DNA of 64,000 bases from Eledone cirrhosa (lineage: Eukaryota): the NCBI GenBank assembly GCA_964016885.1, contig OZ024748.1, positions 28,892,001 through 28,956,000 of the forward strand. The letters run 5' to 3'. How positions within the stretch are numbered: the first letter of the stretch is position 1; every line of letters starts with the position of its first letter. The notes below the pieces were generated by a model. The model was not told where the DNA came from and made no database searches. It was given only the letters and a program-made list of their open reading frames with translations. This document shows positions 1 through 13,340 of the stretch, in pieces. The position numbers and the translations under genes are program-made.

Positions 1-21
1 CTCTTTCTCACTTTATCAAGA

Positions 22-830
22 ATGGCCTCTCAGAATAGGCAGCATAAATGCATGCGGCCTGAAGTCATCTTGGAAGCACTTAACAACCTCAGGTCTCTTA
101 ACATAGCTGTGGTGGCCATCAGCGAGACCAGAATCTCCAAGGTACGGGCTTTCGCACCCATTTTCGGCGGCTTCGAGGTGTACACATCCCCAAGCCATCC
201 TGGATCTAGAGGCAATGTAGCTGTGTTGTTTCAGAGAGGTATCGAGATATCGACCATCTTCTTGGACCCAGAAAGTAAGTTGGAGGTCCTGGATGTGACC
301 AGCAGAAAAAGGCTCACTTTCAGGCTGATAGCCGCTATGCCTCGTCAGGGGCAGGACAGCGTCATTTCTACCAGCTATTGAAACCGTTCTAGACCATCAT
401 GCATGCACTCGTCCAATGTCCGAATATCACTTAATTTGTGGGTTTATGTCGAACATCTGCTGTCGCGTGTAGAACGGATCCAACTATTATCTGGGCCCAT
501 CATGAAAATTGCTCCACTGCCCTCCTTCAACCAAAAAGGGCAGGCATTTTTTATCTAGTTGGTGGCCATGGTGAACACGTCTAAAAGGGTTGAAGAATGG
601 CACTTTCCTTTTCGGCGATGCTCTCATTAACTTTTTCAGGTTTCACCTGTAAAGGAAAATCAGGGTGGAGAGAGAAATGTTGCTTTCCAGCCAGTTTGTT
701 GAAAGCATGGTCTGTATGAATGGGTCTGCCCTGAGCTTGCGCCTGTAGTATTGAAGGAAGACAACTGGGAGAGAACGACTGCCCTAGCAATCAGGGTGAC
801 CTTGGCTTTTGTGGACTTTCTCCACGAGTA
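22..830 (+). mobile_element. Tx1/L1-clade non-LTR retrotransposon remnant (APE endonuclease fragment joined to C-terminal zinc-knuckle region; RT deleted)
   Basis: ORF 22-381 has APE-like motifs (IAVVAISETR, SRGNVAVLF, DPESKLEVLDV, FRLIAA); about 390-425 encodes H-ALVQCP as in the L1/Tx1 C-terminal CCHC region. Confidence 0.65.
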
Positions 831-1231
831 ACCCTTGGAGTCTCCTCACCTTTGGGGAATCTGTTATGTTTGTTATTTAAATGTTTATTTTCTTAATCTG
901 TTATAAATTTTATTTTACACAAAAAAAACACACGCTGTGTGGTTAATAAAGAAAGCATTATTATTATTATCTTCACATCCACATGGAAAAGCAGATGTAA
1001 AACAATGATGCTGATGACCACAAAAGGATGAAAGGCAAAACTAACTTCGGTGGGATTTAAACTCAGAACATAAAGGGCTCTAACTAAATGCTGCAAAGTA
1101 TTTTGTCCAATGCCCGACTGATTACTGCCAATCTACCACCCATTACAATCCTAATAATAATAAGAATAACATTAACAATAAAAAAAGAAGAGGTCAAGGG
1201 GGAAAGAGGCAGAAGAAAAAAATATATAAAT

Positions 1232-1400
1232 ATAATTGTTTCTACTTTTGGCACAAGGCCAGCAATTATCCCAGTGTATTACTGGTGCTTTATTTTATCG
1301 ACCCCGTAAGGATGAAAGGCAAAGTTAACCTCGGCGGAATTTGAACTCAGACCCCAAAGGGCCATAACTCTTTGCTGTAAAGCATGGCCAATCCATCGCC
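1232..1400 (-). mobile_element. tRNA-derived SINE; family also at about 1020-1140, 6860-7000, 16400-16560, 43350-43480, 45260-45390, 59170-59310
   Basis: Shared core aaggatgaaaggcaaagttaacctcggcggaatttgaactcag; the reverse strand carries a B-box GAGTTCAAATTCC. Confidence 0.8.
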
Positions 1401-1455
1401 ATATAAAAATAATGGATAGGAGAAAGGGAGGGACAGAATCCAATATAGACATTAC

Positions 1456-1597
1456 CTTTTGGCCATCACATCTTTACGCATTTTCTGGTTTTTAGCAGTG
1501 TGACCAGCAGCAGCAGCATGCTCACTTAAATCAGCATCCAGGTCATTAGGGATGTCATCAAGTACAATTACTGACTCGTTCTCATCAGATTTCACTG
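1456..1597 (-). CDS. Internal exon of an unidentified acidic protein (AVKSDENESVIVLDDIPNDLDADLSEHAAAAGHTAKNQKMRKDVMAK)
   Basis: Acceptor aaatag at 1598, donor GTAATG at 1455; phase 1 start matches the upstream 34-nt exon. Confidence 0.65.
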
Positions 1598-1889
1598 CTA
1601 TTTTCATGAACAGAAAATAATTGATAATGACACTGAATGTTGTGTAAGTGGTGGAGGGGGTGTGATTGTAGAAGTGCTGGTGGGTGTGGTGTGATGTTGA
1701 TGTTAGCATTGGTAGAAGTAATGTTCGTGAGGGTGTGTGGTGTATTACTGGTTGTCGTAGTAGTAATAGTAGAGATGAGAGACAAGAGAGAGAGGGTAGC
1801 AGACAGAAAGTGAGGAAATATCTATACACATTCAAACCAGCACCAAACTATCGCCAACACCCTGCAGAACTAACACCTCACTGAGCCAT

Positions 1890-2300
1890 AGTCAACACCC
1901 CATCAAACTACAGCCAATATCCCACCAATCTATAGTCAACACCCCACCAAACTCTAGACAATATCCCACCAAATACCATTCTAAACAATAACCAACCACC
2001 ACCAAACTCCCGCCAACACCCTTCTAAACTATCGAATAGCTAACCCCCACCAAACTATAGCCAATATCCCACCAAACTATAGCCAATATCCCACCAAACT
2101 ATAGCCAACCCCCACCAAACTATAGCCAATATCCCATCAAACTATAGCCAATATCCCACCAAACTATAGCCAATATCCCACCAAACTATAGCCAACCCCC
2201 ACCAAACTATAGCCAATATCCCACCAAATTATAGCCAACCCCCATTAAACTCTAGACAACACTTCACTAAACACCATCAAACTGAAATCAAATATCTCAC
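1890..2300. repeat. About 21-bp minisatellite (ccaccaaactatagccaatatc)n with degenerate flanking units
   Basis: Near-perfect tandem units at 2047-2245, diverged units on either side. Confidence 0.9.
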
Positions 2301-2469
2301 CAAACTCTATCCCATAGCCCACACCAAAGTTTTGACAACACCCCACCTAACTCTTGCTAATTACCCTACCAAAACTTTAACTATTACTTCACAAAATCCA
2401 GATCAATATCTCACCAAAACGTTGTTCAAACTAAAACAATTAAAAAACAAACAATAAAAAATAACAAAC

Positions 2470-2503
2470 CTAAGGAATCACCAGTGCCATCTTTCTTTGG
2501 TAA
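2470..2503 (-). CDS. 34-nt exon of the same unidentified gene (LPKKDGTGDSL)
   Basis: Pyrimidine-rich acceptor ...tctctttgaatatgcag, donor GTTTGT; phase 0 in, phase 1 out, bridging exons 3548-3814 and 1456-1597 in frame. Confidence 0.55.
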
Positions 2504-3547
2504 CTGCATATTCAAAGAGAAAGTAGAGGTAGGATGAGAGGAGTGAGATTAATATACAGTAGGATACAATAAAGTAGAAATGAGGAAAGGATTTTTTTTT
2601 TTCGTATTTATTTTACTAACCATGTATAAATTTAAAATATAAAAAAGATATATAAAAAAAAAAAGGTAGGATATACTATTTACAAAGAATAAATAAAAAA
2701 TTCTTAGAAATGGAATGAAATGGTTCATTATTAAGAATGTGCTAATCAGGTTAGTGAGGCCATCAAAAAGGATTATAGTGAAAAACTATCATCTTTTTCA
2801 TGATGGTCTGTAAAAGGAGCACTTTATGCAAAGTCATTTTTTTATTTTATTTACAAATTTTTTAGATGTTTTTTTTTAAATGGTAGGTTTTTACCACAAA
2901 CAGGTTTGTTGATTACTCAACAGCATCTTTTTAATATATTTGTTTTACATATTTTGAGTGAAGTGAGATGGGATGAGAATTAAAACATACAGAGCAGTAT
3001 AACAATATAGAGGTGAAGTGAGAATTAAAATATATAAAGCAGTATAACACTTATAAAGTAGAAATGAGATGAGATAAGTGACATTAAAATATATAGAGCA
3101 GTAGAAGAGTAAAAAGTAGTTGATGCTGGTTAAGAAGTTCAATTTCCTCAATACTGATGATGATGATGATGACAATGATGATGATGTTGATTATGAATGG
3201 GATGAATATGCTGACATTCTTCAAACATGCTTCTTGGAAAGGTACTATTTTTGTGGAAGAAAGGATATCTTCCTTTAAGAAAAGATCATAAAAACCCCAG
3301 TAGTTATTTATCAATCACAAGGTGGGAGAGATGAATTGAGAACCACAATGTAAGTAAAAGTACATGATTTTCTACAATGAAAGTGAATATAACTGAGAAA
3401 AAATACATAGAATATTGCATCCAGTACACTCTGTAAAGTGGTCCCATGATGAAATACACCCAATAAACTGTATAATGTGGCAGGCATTTAAGTTGTAAGA
3501 ACCATGCCAAAAATGAGCAAAATGATGAAACTACAGATTGACTTTAC

Positions 3548-3814
3548 CTTCACAACATTGCAAACATCCTCCAACATGGTGGTTACCATACTTCTCTCTG
3601 GAGTCTTTTTATTACGGTTGTTTTTATTTTCTGCTTCCACTGACCTCTGGTCAGCAGCAGCAGCAATTCTAGCCTTATCCCCTTCAGAACTGCTAACTGT
3701 ATCTTCCATCTTGACTTCCGTAGAAGCACTGGACACTGCAGAAGAGTTATTGGCATCTAACACCACTTCATCTCGACACTCAACCTTCACCTTCTTGCTA
3801 GTTTTCAACACTTC
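3548..3814 (-). CDS. Internal exon of the unidentified acidic/Ser-rich protein (EVLKTSKKVKVECRDEVV...MLEDVCNVVK)
   Basis: 267-nt open exon; acceptor ttgtttag, donor AAG|GTAAAG; phase 0/0; not repeat-like. Confidence 0.65.
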
Positions 3815-4229
3815 CTAAACAATATACAAACAATTCCATACATTTATAGCATTATCCATGCTTGTATCACCACCATCCCTACTTCAATCATCATTATCAT
3901 CACCATCACCTCCCCCATCAACCTCATCACAGATCTGCAATAGAATAGCCTAACCACACACCTTCAGGCCTACAAAAAATTCTCCCAGTACTATCAGTAC
4001 TCTTTCTGTTAACTCTCAATGTTCCATTTTTCTCATGGTTTGGGGTTTGATCATCCAGTACTTCTTTTAATCCAGACCTGGTAATAAACAGACACTTAAA
4101 TTTCCTGGGACTTTATCAGAATATATTACTGGATAACTAGGTGGCCACAGGCAGTACTGAGTGTCATTTGTATGACAATAGTTAAATATCAACAACTGTT
4201 ACAACTCTGGTGAATTGGGGGAAATTCTT

Positions 4230-5195
4230 ATCATATTGGAAACTTCTCTATGCAGATGATTTGGTGCTTATAGATGAACCCCCAAAAAAGAACTAGAAAA
4301 TAAATTCCGATTGTGGAAACTGAATTTGGAATCAAAACGTCTGAGAGTAAACGTAGCGAAAACTAAAGTGCTAGTTAGTAGGAAATAAAATAAGACCCAG
4401 ATTCCTTCAGAGTCATGGTCCTGTTAAATATATAGAAAAGGAGTAGGCATAAACTGCATACAATGTAAATCTTAAGTACACAAAAGATGTAGTGGGATAA
4501 TGAGTAAACTAACAGGAAGGGAGAACTTTGCTTGTAGAGGATGCACAGGAGAAATCAAGAGGAAGAATGTCAATGATATAAACCTTTTCCAATCACAGGA
4601 AGGATCCATAGATGTGGTTGATAGCTTCTGCTATCTAGGTGACTTAATTAGCAGTAGAGAGTGTGCTGAAAGTATAATAGCTAGGATAGGATAGAAGTTT
4701 AGAGAGCTACTCCCAATGTTGACAACAAAAAGTTTCTCCTTATGTACAAAAGGACGACTGCATGATGCCTGTGTGCAAAGTGTGATGCTGCTTGGTAGTG
4801 AAACATAGGCTGTGACTGCAGAGGACATGCATAGATTGGAGAGTAATGAAGCAACCATGCTTTGTTGGATGTGCAATGTAAGTGTGAGAGAATGGCGAGG
4901 TTGGACGAGCTGAGAAAAAAGCTGGGTTTAAGAGGAATCCAAGGTGGTGTGCAGGAGAAGACTGAGTTGGTATAGACATGCGATGCGCATAGACAATGAC
5001 CGATGGGTGAAGAAATGCCAGGAAATCCCAGTGGGAGGAAGCTGCAGTAGAGGACAACCAAGAAAGACGTAAGCAGAGGTTATGAGAGCTGACCTCAAAT
5101 CATTAAGAGTGGCAGAAGAGATGACAAAGGAGTGCAACAAGTGGAGAGATGCCATTCAAGCATGGAAAAACGAACTTAAAAATAATGATGATTCA
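4230..5195 (+). mobile_element. RTE-clade LINE family A, 5'-truncated and decayed
   Basis: ELLYADDL, SFCYLGDLIS and related motifs homologous to the 59648-62065 ORF; stops and frameshifts. Confidence 0.85.
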
Positions 5196-5489
5196 TTCCT
5201 AGTTTTGGCTTCCAAAACACAATGTCAAAACATTTATATTTCTATTATTTTTGTTAACCCTCTTGACGCTGCGGGCAACTGAAGGTACCAATACATAATA
5301 CAGTATCAAGGGAAGCAATTTATTAAAAAAATTCAGCCTTCAGAAGATTAAGGTGAAATGAGTGTTTACACCTTCATAATGTATTATTATTATTATCATT
5401 AAGGTGCAGAGAGAATGTTTGCACCTTCATAATGAAGCATATATACAGTATACACCACCCCATCCCACCCTCCCATACATCTCACATGA

Positions 5490-5855
5490 GGACACTGTAA
5501 AGTGGTCGTGATGGTGACACGTTAAAAAACACCCAGCCCACACTGTAAAGTGGTCGTGATACGTTAAAAAGCACCCAGCCCACACTGTAAAGTGGTCGTG
5601 ATGGTGACACGTTAAAAAGCACCCAGCCCACACTGTAAAGTGGTCGTGGAGGTATCACAACAAAAAGCACACAGTACTCATTGTAAATAAGGTTGGCATT
5701 AGAAAGGACATCCAACTGTAGAACCCAAGCCAAAATCAGTTCTGTATGAGCAAGACATGGTCACCTGACTTAACATTGCCCAAAACAGAAAAACTCGTCT
5801 AACCCACGCCAACGCGGAAAAAGGGACGTAAAATGATGATCATCATCATCATCAT
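5490..5855 (+). repeat. RTE/SINE 3' tail with tandem ~40-bp units (aaaaagcacccagcccacactgtaaagtggtcgtg) and (TGA/CAT)n end
   Basis: Four tandem units; the same module ends RTE copies at 36540-36840, 41610-41920, 42170-42350 and 59340-59600. Confidence 0.8.
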
Positions 5856-7485
5856 TAAGGTGTAGAGAGAGTTTACACATTCACAATTATATATTATTAT
5901 CGTTTAGGCATAAAGAGAGTGTTTCTGACTTCATAAATTAGTATTTTAAAGGTGTGTAGTAAAATAGTTACTAATAGTATGGCAGCATCCTCCTAGGAAT
6001 TTCATCTGAATCATTATTACATAACATGTTAAGTCTGGCATCTAAGGTGCTAGAAAATCGGTGTTGTACCTATATTAGACATTTACCATCTGTTCTCAAA
6101 GACAAACATCAAGAAACTACTATCCTAGAAGCCAGTTTCAAAAACACTAACATATTTAAATAAGTCATCATCATCGATTTAACATTTGTTTTATCATACC
6201 CTACAAAAGTTGAATTGCTGCATTACATTTCTGCATGTTGTCGCTGTTTAGTCTCCCAACACCTTCCCCAATCCCGTAGACCTATCTATGAAAGCATTTC
6301 AGTTGGGACCATTCATCATCTCTTTTTTTTTTACAATCATATTGTAACCTCCGAATACACTCAGATACACAGAGTCACCCTATAGACAACTGCGAAGGCG
6401 TGTGTTTCTTGTTGTAGTGATGTTGTCAAGACAAAAGTAACTTATGCACATTAAAATCTTTGTGGTGTTTACGTATGCTTAAGAAGTATTGTTAAATTAG
6501 GAATAAAAAGTCCCTGGCTATGGTCATGGAGATAACTAGATTGAACCGATTCCACCACGAGAATCAAACTGGAGATGAGGGAATGAGTAGAAATTATTTT
6601 GAATCAACTTTGGTATATTAATGGTTCATTATTTCAGTCCCCCCACCACCACCATTTCTCCAAAAAGACACAAGAGATCCCTAGGGGGATTTGAACACAA
6701 AATGTAAAGGGATATAATTAAATAGCCCACGCTGCACACTTACATTTCTAGAAATTTATTTTTAATCCCCAGGCTGAAGTTCAACAGAATGCAATGTGTC
6801 AATATAGATACCATAAAGCACCTCGTCTGACATTATTCCACCCAAATTGCCATTTATGGGTACTTTATTTTCATTGACTCTCAAAAGATGAAAGGCAAAG
6901 TTGCCCTCAGTAAAATTTGAAATCGGTGCAGAAAATCAGAACAAATAGCACAAAACATTGTATCTGACACTCTACCCACTCAGCCAATTCACTGCCTAAT
7001 AAAGATGGCAAATTCTTTTTATAAAGGAAAAGTTATAGTAACTTGGTTTCTATCCACTATGCTTATTTTAGTGACCTAGCTCAGGTGAAAGGTAGTTTTA
7101 GCAGTTCTCAAATAAATTTTGAACATTATCAAGAATTCAAAGAAAAAGAATTCAATTCACCATTATTAAAATTCCATTTGGAATGTAGATGGATGTTTTT
7201 ATTTCAATGTGAATATTTTAAAATAAGAGGGTATTGTACCATAAACCCAGGAATCACAAGGGTTAAGAGATATGATTAAATTGCAGGGCATTTTCTCCAA
7301 TGCTCTGCCAATCTACCACTCATAATAATAATCTATACTCACCATATTTTCAGCCGTACTTAATTCGTCTGCAAGAATAAAAAAGTCTTTTTAACTTGTA
7401 ACCTCCTGTACCGCATTAACAAGACATTCTTTAAAAGTACAAAACATTATGACTGCATCACATTGAATATTAAAGTCTTTACACT

Positions 7486-9043
7486 TCTTCTTCACCCACT
7501 TATTCCTGAAAGGGTTGTGGAGGCAGTCCTATCAGAAGCAACTGTCTCCAACTGATCCGGCTGCATCCCCAAGTGAGACCAGCCAAGCTCATAGATGTTA
7601 TCAAACCATCCTGGGTCTCCTGCCAATTGGTTTTGCCTATAAAATCTGTCCAGTGATTCTTTCCTGAGACATTCTAACCACATGCCCATAGTATCGGAGA
7701 GAAGTAGTGACTCTACCTGGAAGGACTGATCTCAGAGCTACACACTCTATCGAGTAATGTTACTCTACAGACTCTTTGGAGGAACCCCATTTCTGTATTC
7801 GTGATCGTATTCTTTCAGTCATCATCCAAGATTCATGACCATAGGTAAGGGTTAGCATGAATACCGAATTGAAGATTGCGAGTTTGGCTTTTACACATAC
7901 TACCCTTCTTATTGCCAAATGCTGAAGCTGGCACGTTACTGCACCAGCTCCTGCAATTCTTGTACTTAATTCAACCTTCTGCCTTCCATCCTTTGTGAAC
8001 ATGGCCCCGAGATACTTGAATTTCACCTGCTTCAGTGAAACTCCATTCACGTGTAGGGTGCACTGCGCAGGCTTCTTTGAGAAAACAAGTGTCTCAGTTT
8101 TCGCAGCAATAATTTTCATTAGTCATGCAGCATTCGGCATCAAACCTATCAAGTGTAAGTCGGAGATCACCTATCAAGTTAAGTAACACCATGTCATCTG
8201 CAAATTCCAGCCGACTAATTTTACACCCTCCAGTTGTGATACCACTTCCAACCCAGCTCCGCATGTTCATGAAAATAATGAACAGGAGAGGTGACAGTAC
8301 GCATCCTAAGCGGAGTCCAACGCCTACATTGAACGGTTTTGATTTAACACCATTTATCCGAACACAAATATTTGGGCATTCATATAGAGACATCAGGGCA
8401 GTAAGAAGCTGACCATTGATCCAATACTCCCGCACAACTTTCCACAGCAGGTCCCGAAGAATGCGGTCATATGCCTTTTTGATGTCTACAAAACAAGAAT
8501 ATACCTCTTGGCAATACTCCCATGATTTCTCGAAGACCTGCCAGACACTTAGCATAGATTTTACCAGTAAAGGCATCCAAAGTTAAAACATGGGAGGACT
8601 TTGGGGTTAAAGCTGGAATCCGACTTCAGATCAACAACTGAAGTGTTCTGGCAGAAGTCGGCACTTCATAAGTCCTCCTCCTCCGCACCTGCTATCAAGA
8701 ATGCATCTGGGATTCTCCTCTCTTCAGAGAGGAGAATCCTATTTGCTGATCTCCTAATCCCGATCCCAACAGCATCTTCTGATGTAAACGAGGTGCATCT
8801 GGGCTGAAGTCACAAGAGCAGTTAAAGATCTCAAATGTGACAAGGCCACTAGGGAAGACGAAATCCGTCCCGAGATGCTAAAAGCCTTTACTCAAGAAGG
8901 TAATCTCTGGCTAACTGATGTGTGCCGAGTGGCCTGGATCACTGGAAAGGTGATTGGGAGTGATAATCCCAATTTTCAAAAAGGGGGACAAGAGAGATTG
9001 TTCCAATTACAGAGGGATCTCCATGTTAAGCCTCCCCAGTAAC
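7486..9043 (-). mobile_element. RTE-clade LINE family B with 5' inversion and 11-bp TSD
   Basis: Minus strand 8570->7486 encodes RT (GKIYAKCLA, FADDMVL, FKYLG, YGHESW); plus strand 8590-9043 encodes the upstream part (IIPIFKKGDKRDCSNYRGISMLSLP); TSD gtctttacact at 7475-7485 and 9044-9054. Confidence 0.9.
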
Positions 9044-9959
9044 GTCTTTACACTAATACTGCAAATGTTCACAATGATCTGTCCACTAGTAAAGATACTA
9101 AAATCATTTGGATTAACAAACCCACTTTTAGACATTTTTTGTTCAAATATTATAGGATGTTAAGAGTTGAAAAACTTGTAAGAAAATAAAGTATTTAAAT
9201 GCACATAATTACATTCTAGTAAACACTAAGTTATGAACATCTAAAAATGATGTTTTCTGTGCATCCCTACAACATTAGTATTTTACTTCCACTTTCCATG
9301 TTGGCATGGCTTGGACCAGTCAGTTTCTATTCAGTATTTCTGCCTATCTAGATATGCCAGGACATGGTTTGGACCAGTCCGTTTTTATTCAGTATTACTA
9401 CTCATCTGGGTGCGCCAGAAAACACTATCTCACTCATACTTTCAATTTTTGACATAGCTTCTACAGCTATAACCACACCAACCACTTTACAGTGAGCTGG
9501 GTACATTTTATCATGGTACTAACACTATGGAGGTTACATTTGCTTAATGCTAAAGATTAAGTATGTTGGTGTTGTCAACCAGCAATCAATTAACCTATGA
9601 CCAAACGCATTTCAACCATGAACATCTTTTGTTTCATTTTTTTGTATAGCAGGGATTACATTACCTTACATTCTACTAGAAATAACATAACTATCTTAGA
9701 AAATAAGTTCATCATTATCATTTTAGCATCTACTTTCCCTACTAGCAAGGGTTGGATGGGTCTACACAGACCAAGTCAGTACCAAAGCAATGGCTACTGA
9801 TCTCCTAGACAAGCCAAAGATTTGTCATCTTGCTTATTTATTGTCTTATGTTCTACCAAGTACACAGGAGAAGTCATGTCTTTGACACAGCAGAGGGTCA
9901 TCCCAACTCTTTGTTTGACATGCCCTTGCCATCACCAACCACTTCACAAGGGGACAGCA

Positions 9960-10570
9960 GTTAGGAATGTGTAGGTGAGCATGGGATGTGCACAGTGAGG
10001 GGAGCAAAGTAGCATTGAGAATAAATGTTAGTGAGCAGTGGTGGAAGGAGGAGGTGGAGGAGGGGAAGGTCAGGCCATATTGTATGTTGCAGGTCAGGTT
10101 TTCTTCAGCACTGCAGTCTTTAGTCATTTCTGTTATGAGGTTTAGTTTTCTTAAGGTCGGTCTTCACAAACTCATCCTGTCTCTGCCTCTTCCACGGGTC
10201 CCAGAAACAGGGGTTTCTCTGCATTTCTTTATGCAACTGTTATCTACCATGTGAATCAAATGTCCATACTAACAGTGTTCTCTCTTGCACACTACATCCA
10301 ATTCCTCTTATGCCAAGTTTTTCTCTCAGTTTGCTTATGCTATGTCACTCATCTACACTAACATTACACATCCATCAATGCATACTTTCTTTCTAGCTTC
10401 CACAGGTCTTCTGCAAACAAGGCCCATGCCTCACTGCCATGTAACATTGAAATTTGCATACAGGGTTCATACTGTCTACCCTTCACTCTGAGGCAAAAAC
10501 AGTTTGTTGTTAGCAGTGGTAATAGATCTCTAAACTTATTCCAGCCTGTTCTTATTCTAGTTATCTGGAT
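9960..10570 (-). mobile_element. RTE family A 3' fragment, old
   Basis: Degenerate homology to the C-terminal region of the 59648-62065 ORF. Confidence 0.7.
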
Positions 10571-11564
10571 AATGGATCCATTGGTGCACTGTGGCTAAGA
10601 AAAATATGGATGGTATTGTCTTGTTACAGTTCACACCTATGTAGATTTTGCTGGCCCCATAAAAGATTTCTTAGGTATTTAAATGATAGAAGCCGCAGTC
10701 CTATCATGTGTTACAGCTCTCACTTAAGTAGGTTTTGCTGTCCTCCTATAAAGTTGCATCTCATAGGAAGTTTCTCAAGTGTTCTAATGATAGGGATCAC
10801 AGTCCTTTCATGGTAAGACTTCCTACTGAACCAAACACCAGTCCATTGCAGAGGTTAAAAACTAGCTGCTGCTGACAATATTTTTTTCCAGCTGAGTAGA
10901 CTGAAGCAACATAAAATTAAGCATCTTGCTCAAAACATATGATTCATCTTCAATCATATCTCTGCAAATCAAGTATCTACAGAGTCTATAATTACCTAAA
11001 ATTTTCCTACTTTTCTCCTCCCTTTATAGGAATCTGAAAATAAAATGTTTTGAATTTAATTTAAAAAATTGAAAAAAAAGTTGCTGGACAGATTTTACAG
11101 GTAAAACCAATTGGCAGGAGACCCAAGGGTAGATTGCGAACAAGATGGTAACATCCATGAGCTGAGCTGGTCTCGCTTGGGGATCTAACCAAGGTATAAG
11201 TGAGCAAAGAAGAAGGAAAACAAGTCAAGCTCTTCTAGTGTGAAGAACTAGCCTTTTGAGGTTTTGTATTCTTTAACCTTTTTGATAACAAATTTCCTGA
11301 AATAACCCCTGATTTTATGATACTATTCTATTTATTTTAAACAGTTCATATTTATCTAAAACAAAAGTGCTGAGATTCAGGTAGACAAACGTTATAGACT
11401 TACACTTTATATTAGAAGTGCTGTGAAACAAAAAAAAAAGCTAATATATGCTACCTGTTGGGACTGAAGTTTCAAGGTGTGTAGTGTAACTCTTAATCCT
11501 TTTGATCCCAAACTACCTGAAATCGCACCAGGTTCTATAATTCAAAGTTGTTTATTTTAAAATG

Positions 11565-11760
11565 ACAAACATAGTCGAGCCCCTAGCAGTGGAGACTTCT
11601 GGTGTCCTTGGTCCTAGGGCTACCTCCCTACTAACCACCATAGGCGCGCTGAGCTGGCTAGCCGCAGGTGTGAGCCTTACGAGATCGAATGGTTCTTCCA
11701 GCAAATCTCCCTTACTATCCTCCGAAGAAACGCCTTCTCCATTCTGTCCGTCGGGGCTGT
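11565..11760 (+). mobile_element. CRE/NeSL-type non-LTR retrotransposon 3' end (restriction-like endonuclease C-terminus)
   Basis: EPLAVETSGVLGP and, after a frameshift, EIEWFFQQISLTILRRNAFSIL. Confidence 0.7.
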
Positions 11761-12276
11761 GGGACCCCATTTGCTCATAATACAGAGAGCTGGGGAGGGG
11801 GAGAGAGATGGAGGCGATGACAGTGGGAGTTCGGGTCTTCTGCGTTCGGACCTGGTGTGCAGCGTCAGCTGTCCGCCTAGATATGTTTTCTCACACCCTT
11901 TCTATAGTCTTGAGTTAATATTTAATTCTGTATTACACATATGTAGCCTTGTATGTGAAGAGGACAAGACAAAATACAGTTCTCTCTGTAAAGTGGTTGG
12001 TGTTAAGAGGGGCATCCAGTTGTAGGAAGCATGCAGAAATATGGAGCAATAAATGGTCGAACCTATGCCAGCATGGAAAGTGGACGTATAATGCTTATAC
12101 GTATATATTATAGGTTCGTGCTAGTTTAGTGAATGTGCATGTTTACATCTACTTCAGGTATTGTTTCGTTATTTCGGTTAAATTAACTGTTCATTTACAA
12201 ACCAAGAGGCACAACTAATATATTTTTTTACATCAAAAACATACGAGATCTAACAATATACATACACACATATACA

Positions 12277-12452
12277 CAGGGTGGGCCAGAATTCATGACT
12301 CACTTCATTATTTAGAAAATCAAATTTAGAAGAAAAAAAAAAAATCTGTGAGGCATATTAAGAAATAAAAATATAAATTAAGAAACAAAATAATAAATTA
12401 AAACAATACAATAACAATAAAATAAGCATGTCATGAATTCTGGCCCACGCTG
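12277..12452. mobile_element. Tc1/mariner-type MITE
   Basis: TIRs cagggtgggccagaattcatgac / gtcatgaattctggcccacgctg; TA on the right flank. Confidence 0.8.
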
Positions 12453-12608
12453 TAGAGAGAGAAGTATATATATATATAGGTCGGGTAGGTACATATATAT
12501 AGAGAGAGAGAAAGGTTGGTAGATTGATAGATAGATAAACAAATAAATAGACAGGTAGGTAAGCAGATAAAGAAGGAACTAGATTCAATAATATAGATAT
12601 TAACTTAC

Positions 12609-12697
12609 GATGGAGTTGCCGAATCTGTTTTTCTTCCCACAGATGCGTTTTCACATGTTAAACGTTTCCTTTCAACATCTTGCTCAGCTAATTCCAT
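12609..12697 (-). CDS. Possible first coding exon (MELAEQDVERKRLTCENASVGRKTDSATP)
   Basis: ATG at 12697, open frame, strong GTAAGT donor at 12608 (phase 2); no compatible next exon identified. Confidence 0.3.
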
Positions 12698-12834
12698 GTG
12701 AAAGACAGCGACAATATCAAATATGAGAGAGAGAGAGTAGGAGTGAGAAATTGAGAATTCGAAAAAAATAAAACTAAGCTAAGGAATAACACGAATAGAA
12801 AGAAGTCAAACAACAAATAAATGTAAAACAATAA

Positions 12835-12892
<58 letters not shown>

Positions 12893-13287
12893 AATATGTG
12901 TGTGTGTGTGTGTGTGTATATTTATGTATTCATATATATATAAGCATAATAGCAATATTAATGAGAGTAAAATTTTACTCATTTACTAGTTGTAATTGAA
13001 TGCCTTGAACTTTTAAATTTTTTGTTTGTAAGCAAATTGTAACTATATATATATATATATATTTATATATTTTTATATATATATATATATATAAGCAGAA
13101 GGGATATTCAATTTGTTGGTAACTCAACAAATATAAATGTTTATAACTGATTCAAAGCACTCGACAACATTTTCTGGAGTATAATATTCAATGATATTAA
13201 ATAAATGGAAACTATATTTATAAATATGGTTTTATAAATATAGTTTCCGTTTATTTAATATCATTGAATATATATATATGTGTGTGC

Positions 13288-13340
<53 letters not shown>

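Noticed and set aside
1890-2300. Regular short repeats resembling a CRISPR array
   Set aside because: Units are directly adjacent with no unique spacers, the context is eukaryotic and no cas genes are present; it is a minisatellite
5490-5680. About 40-bp repeats with variable intervening bases
   Set aside because: Part of the RTE/SINE 3' tail found at many positions in the window
10996-11033. 38-nt segment with good splice signals on the minus strand
   Set aside because: Stops in all three frames; at most a non-coding or pseudo-exon
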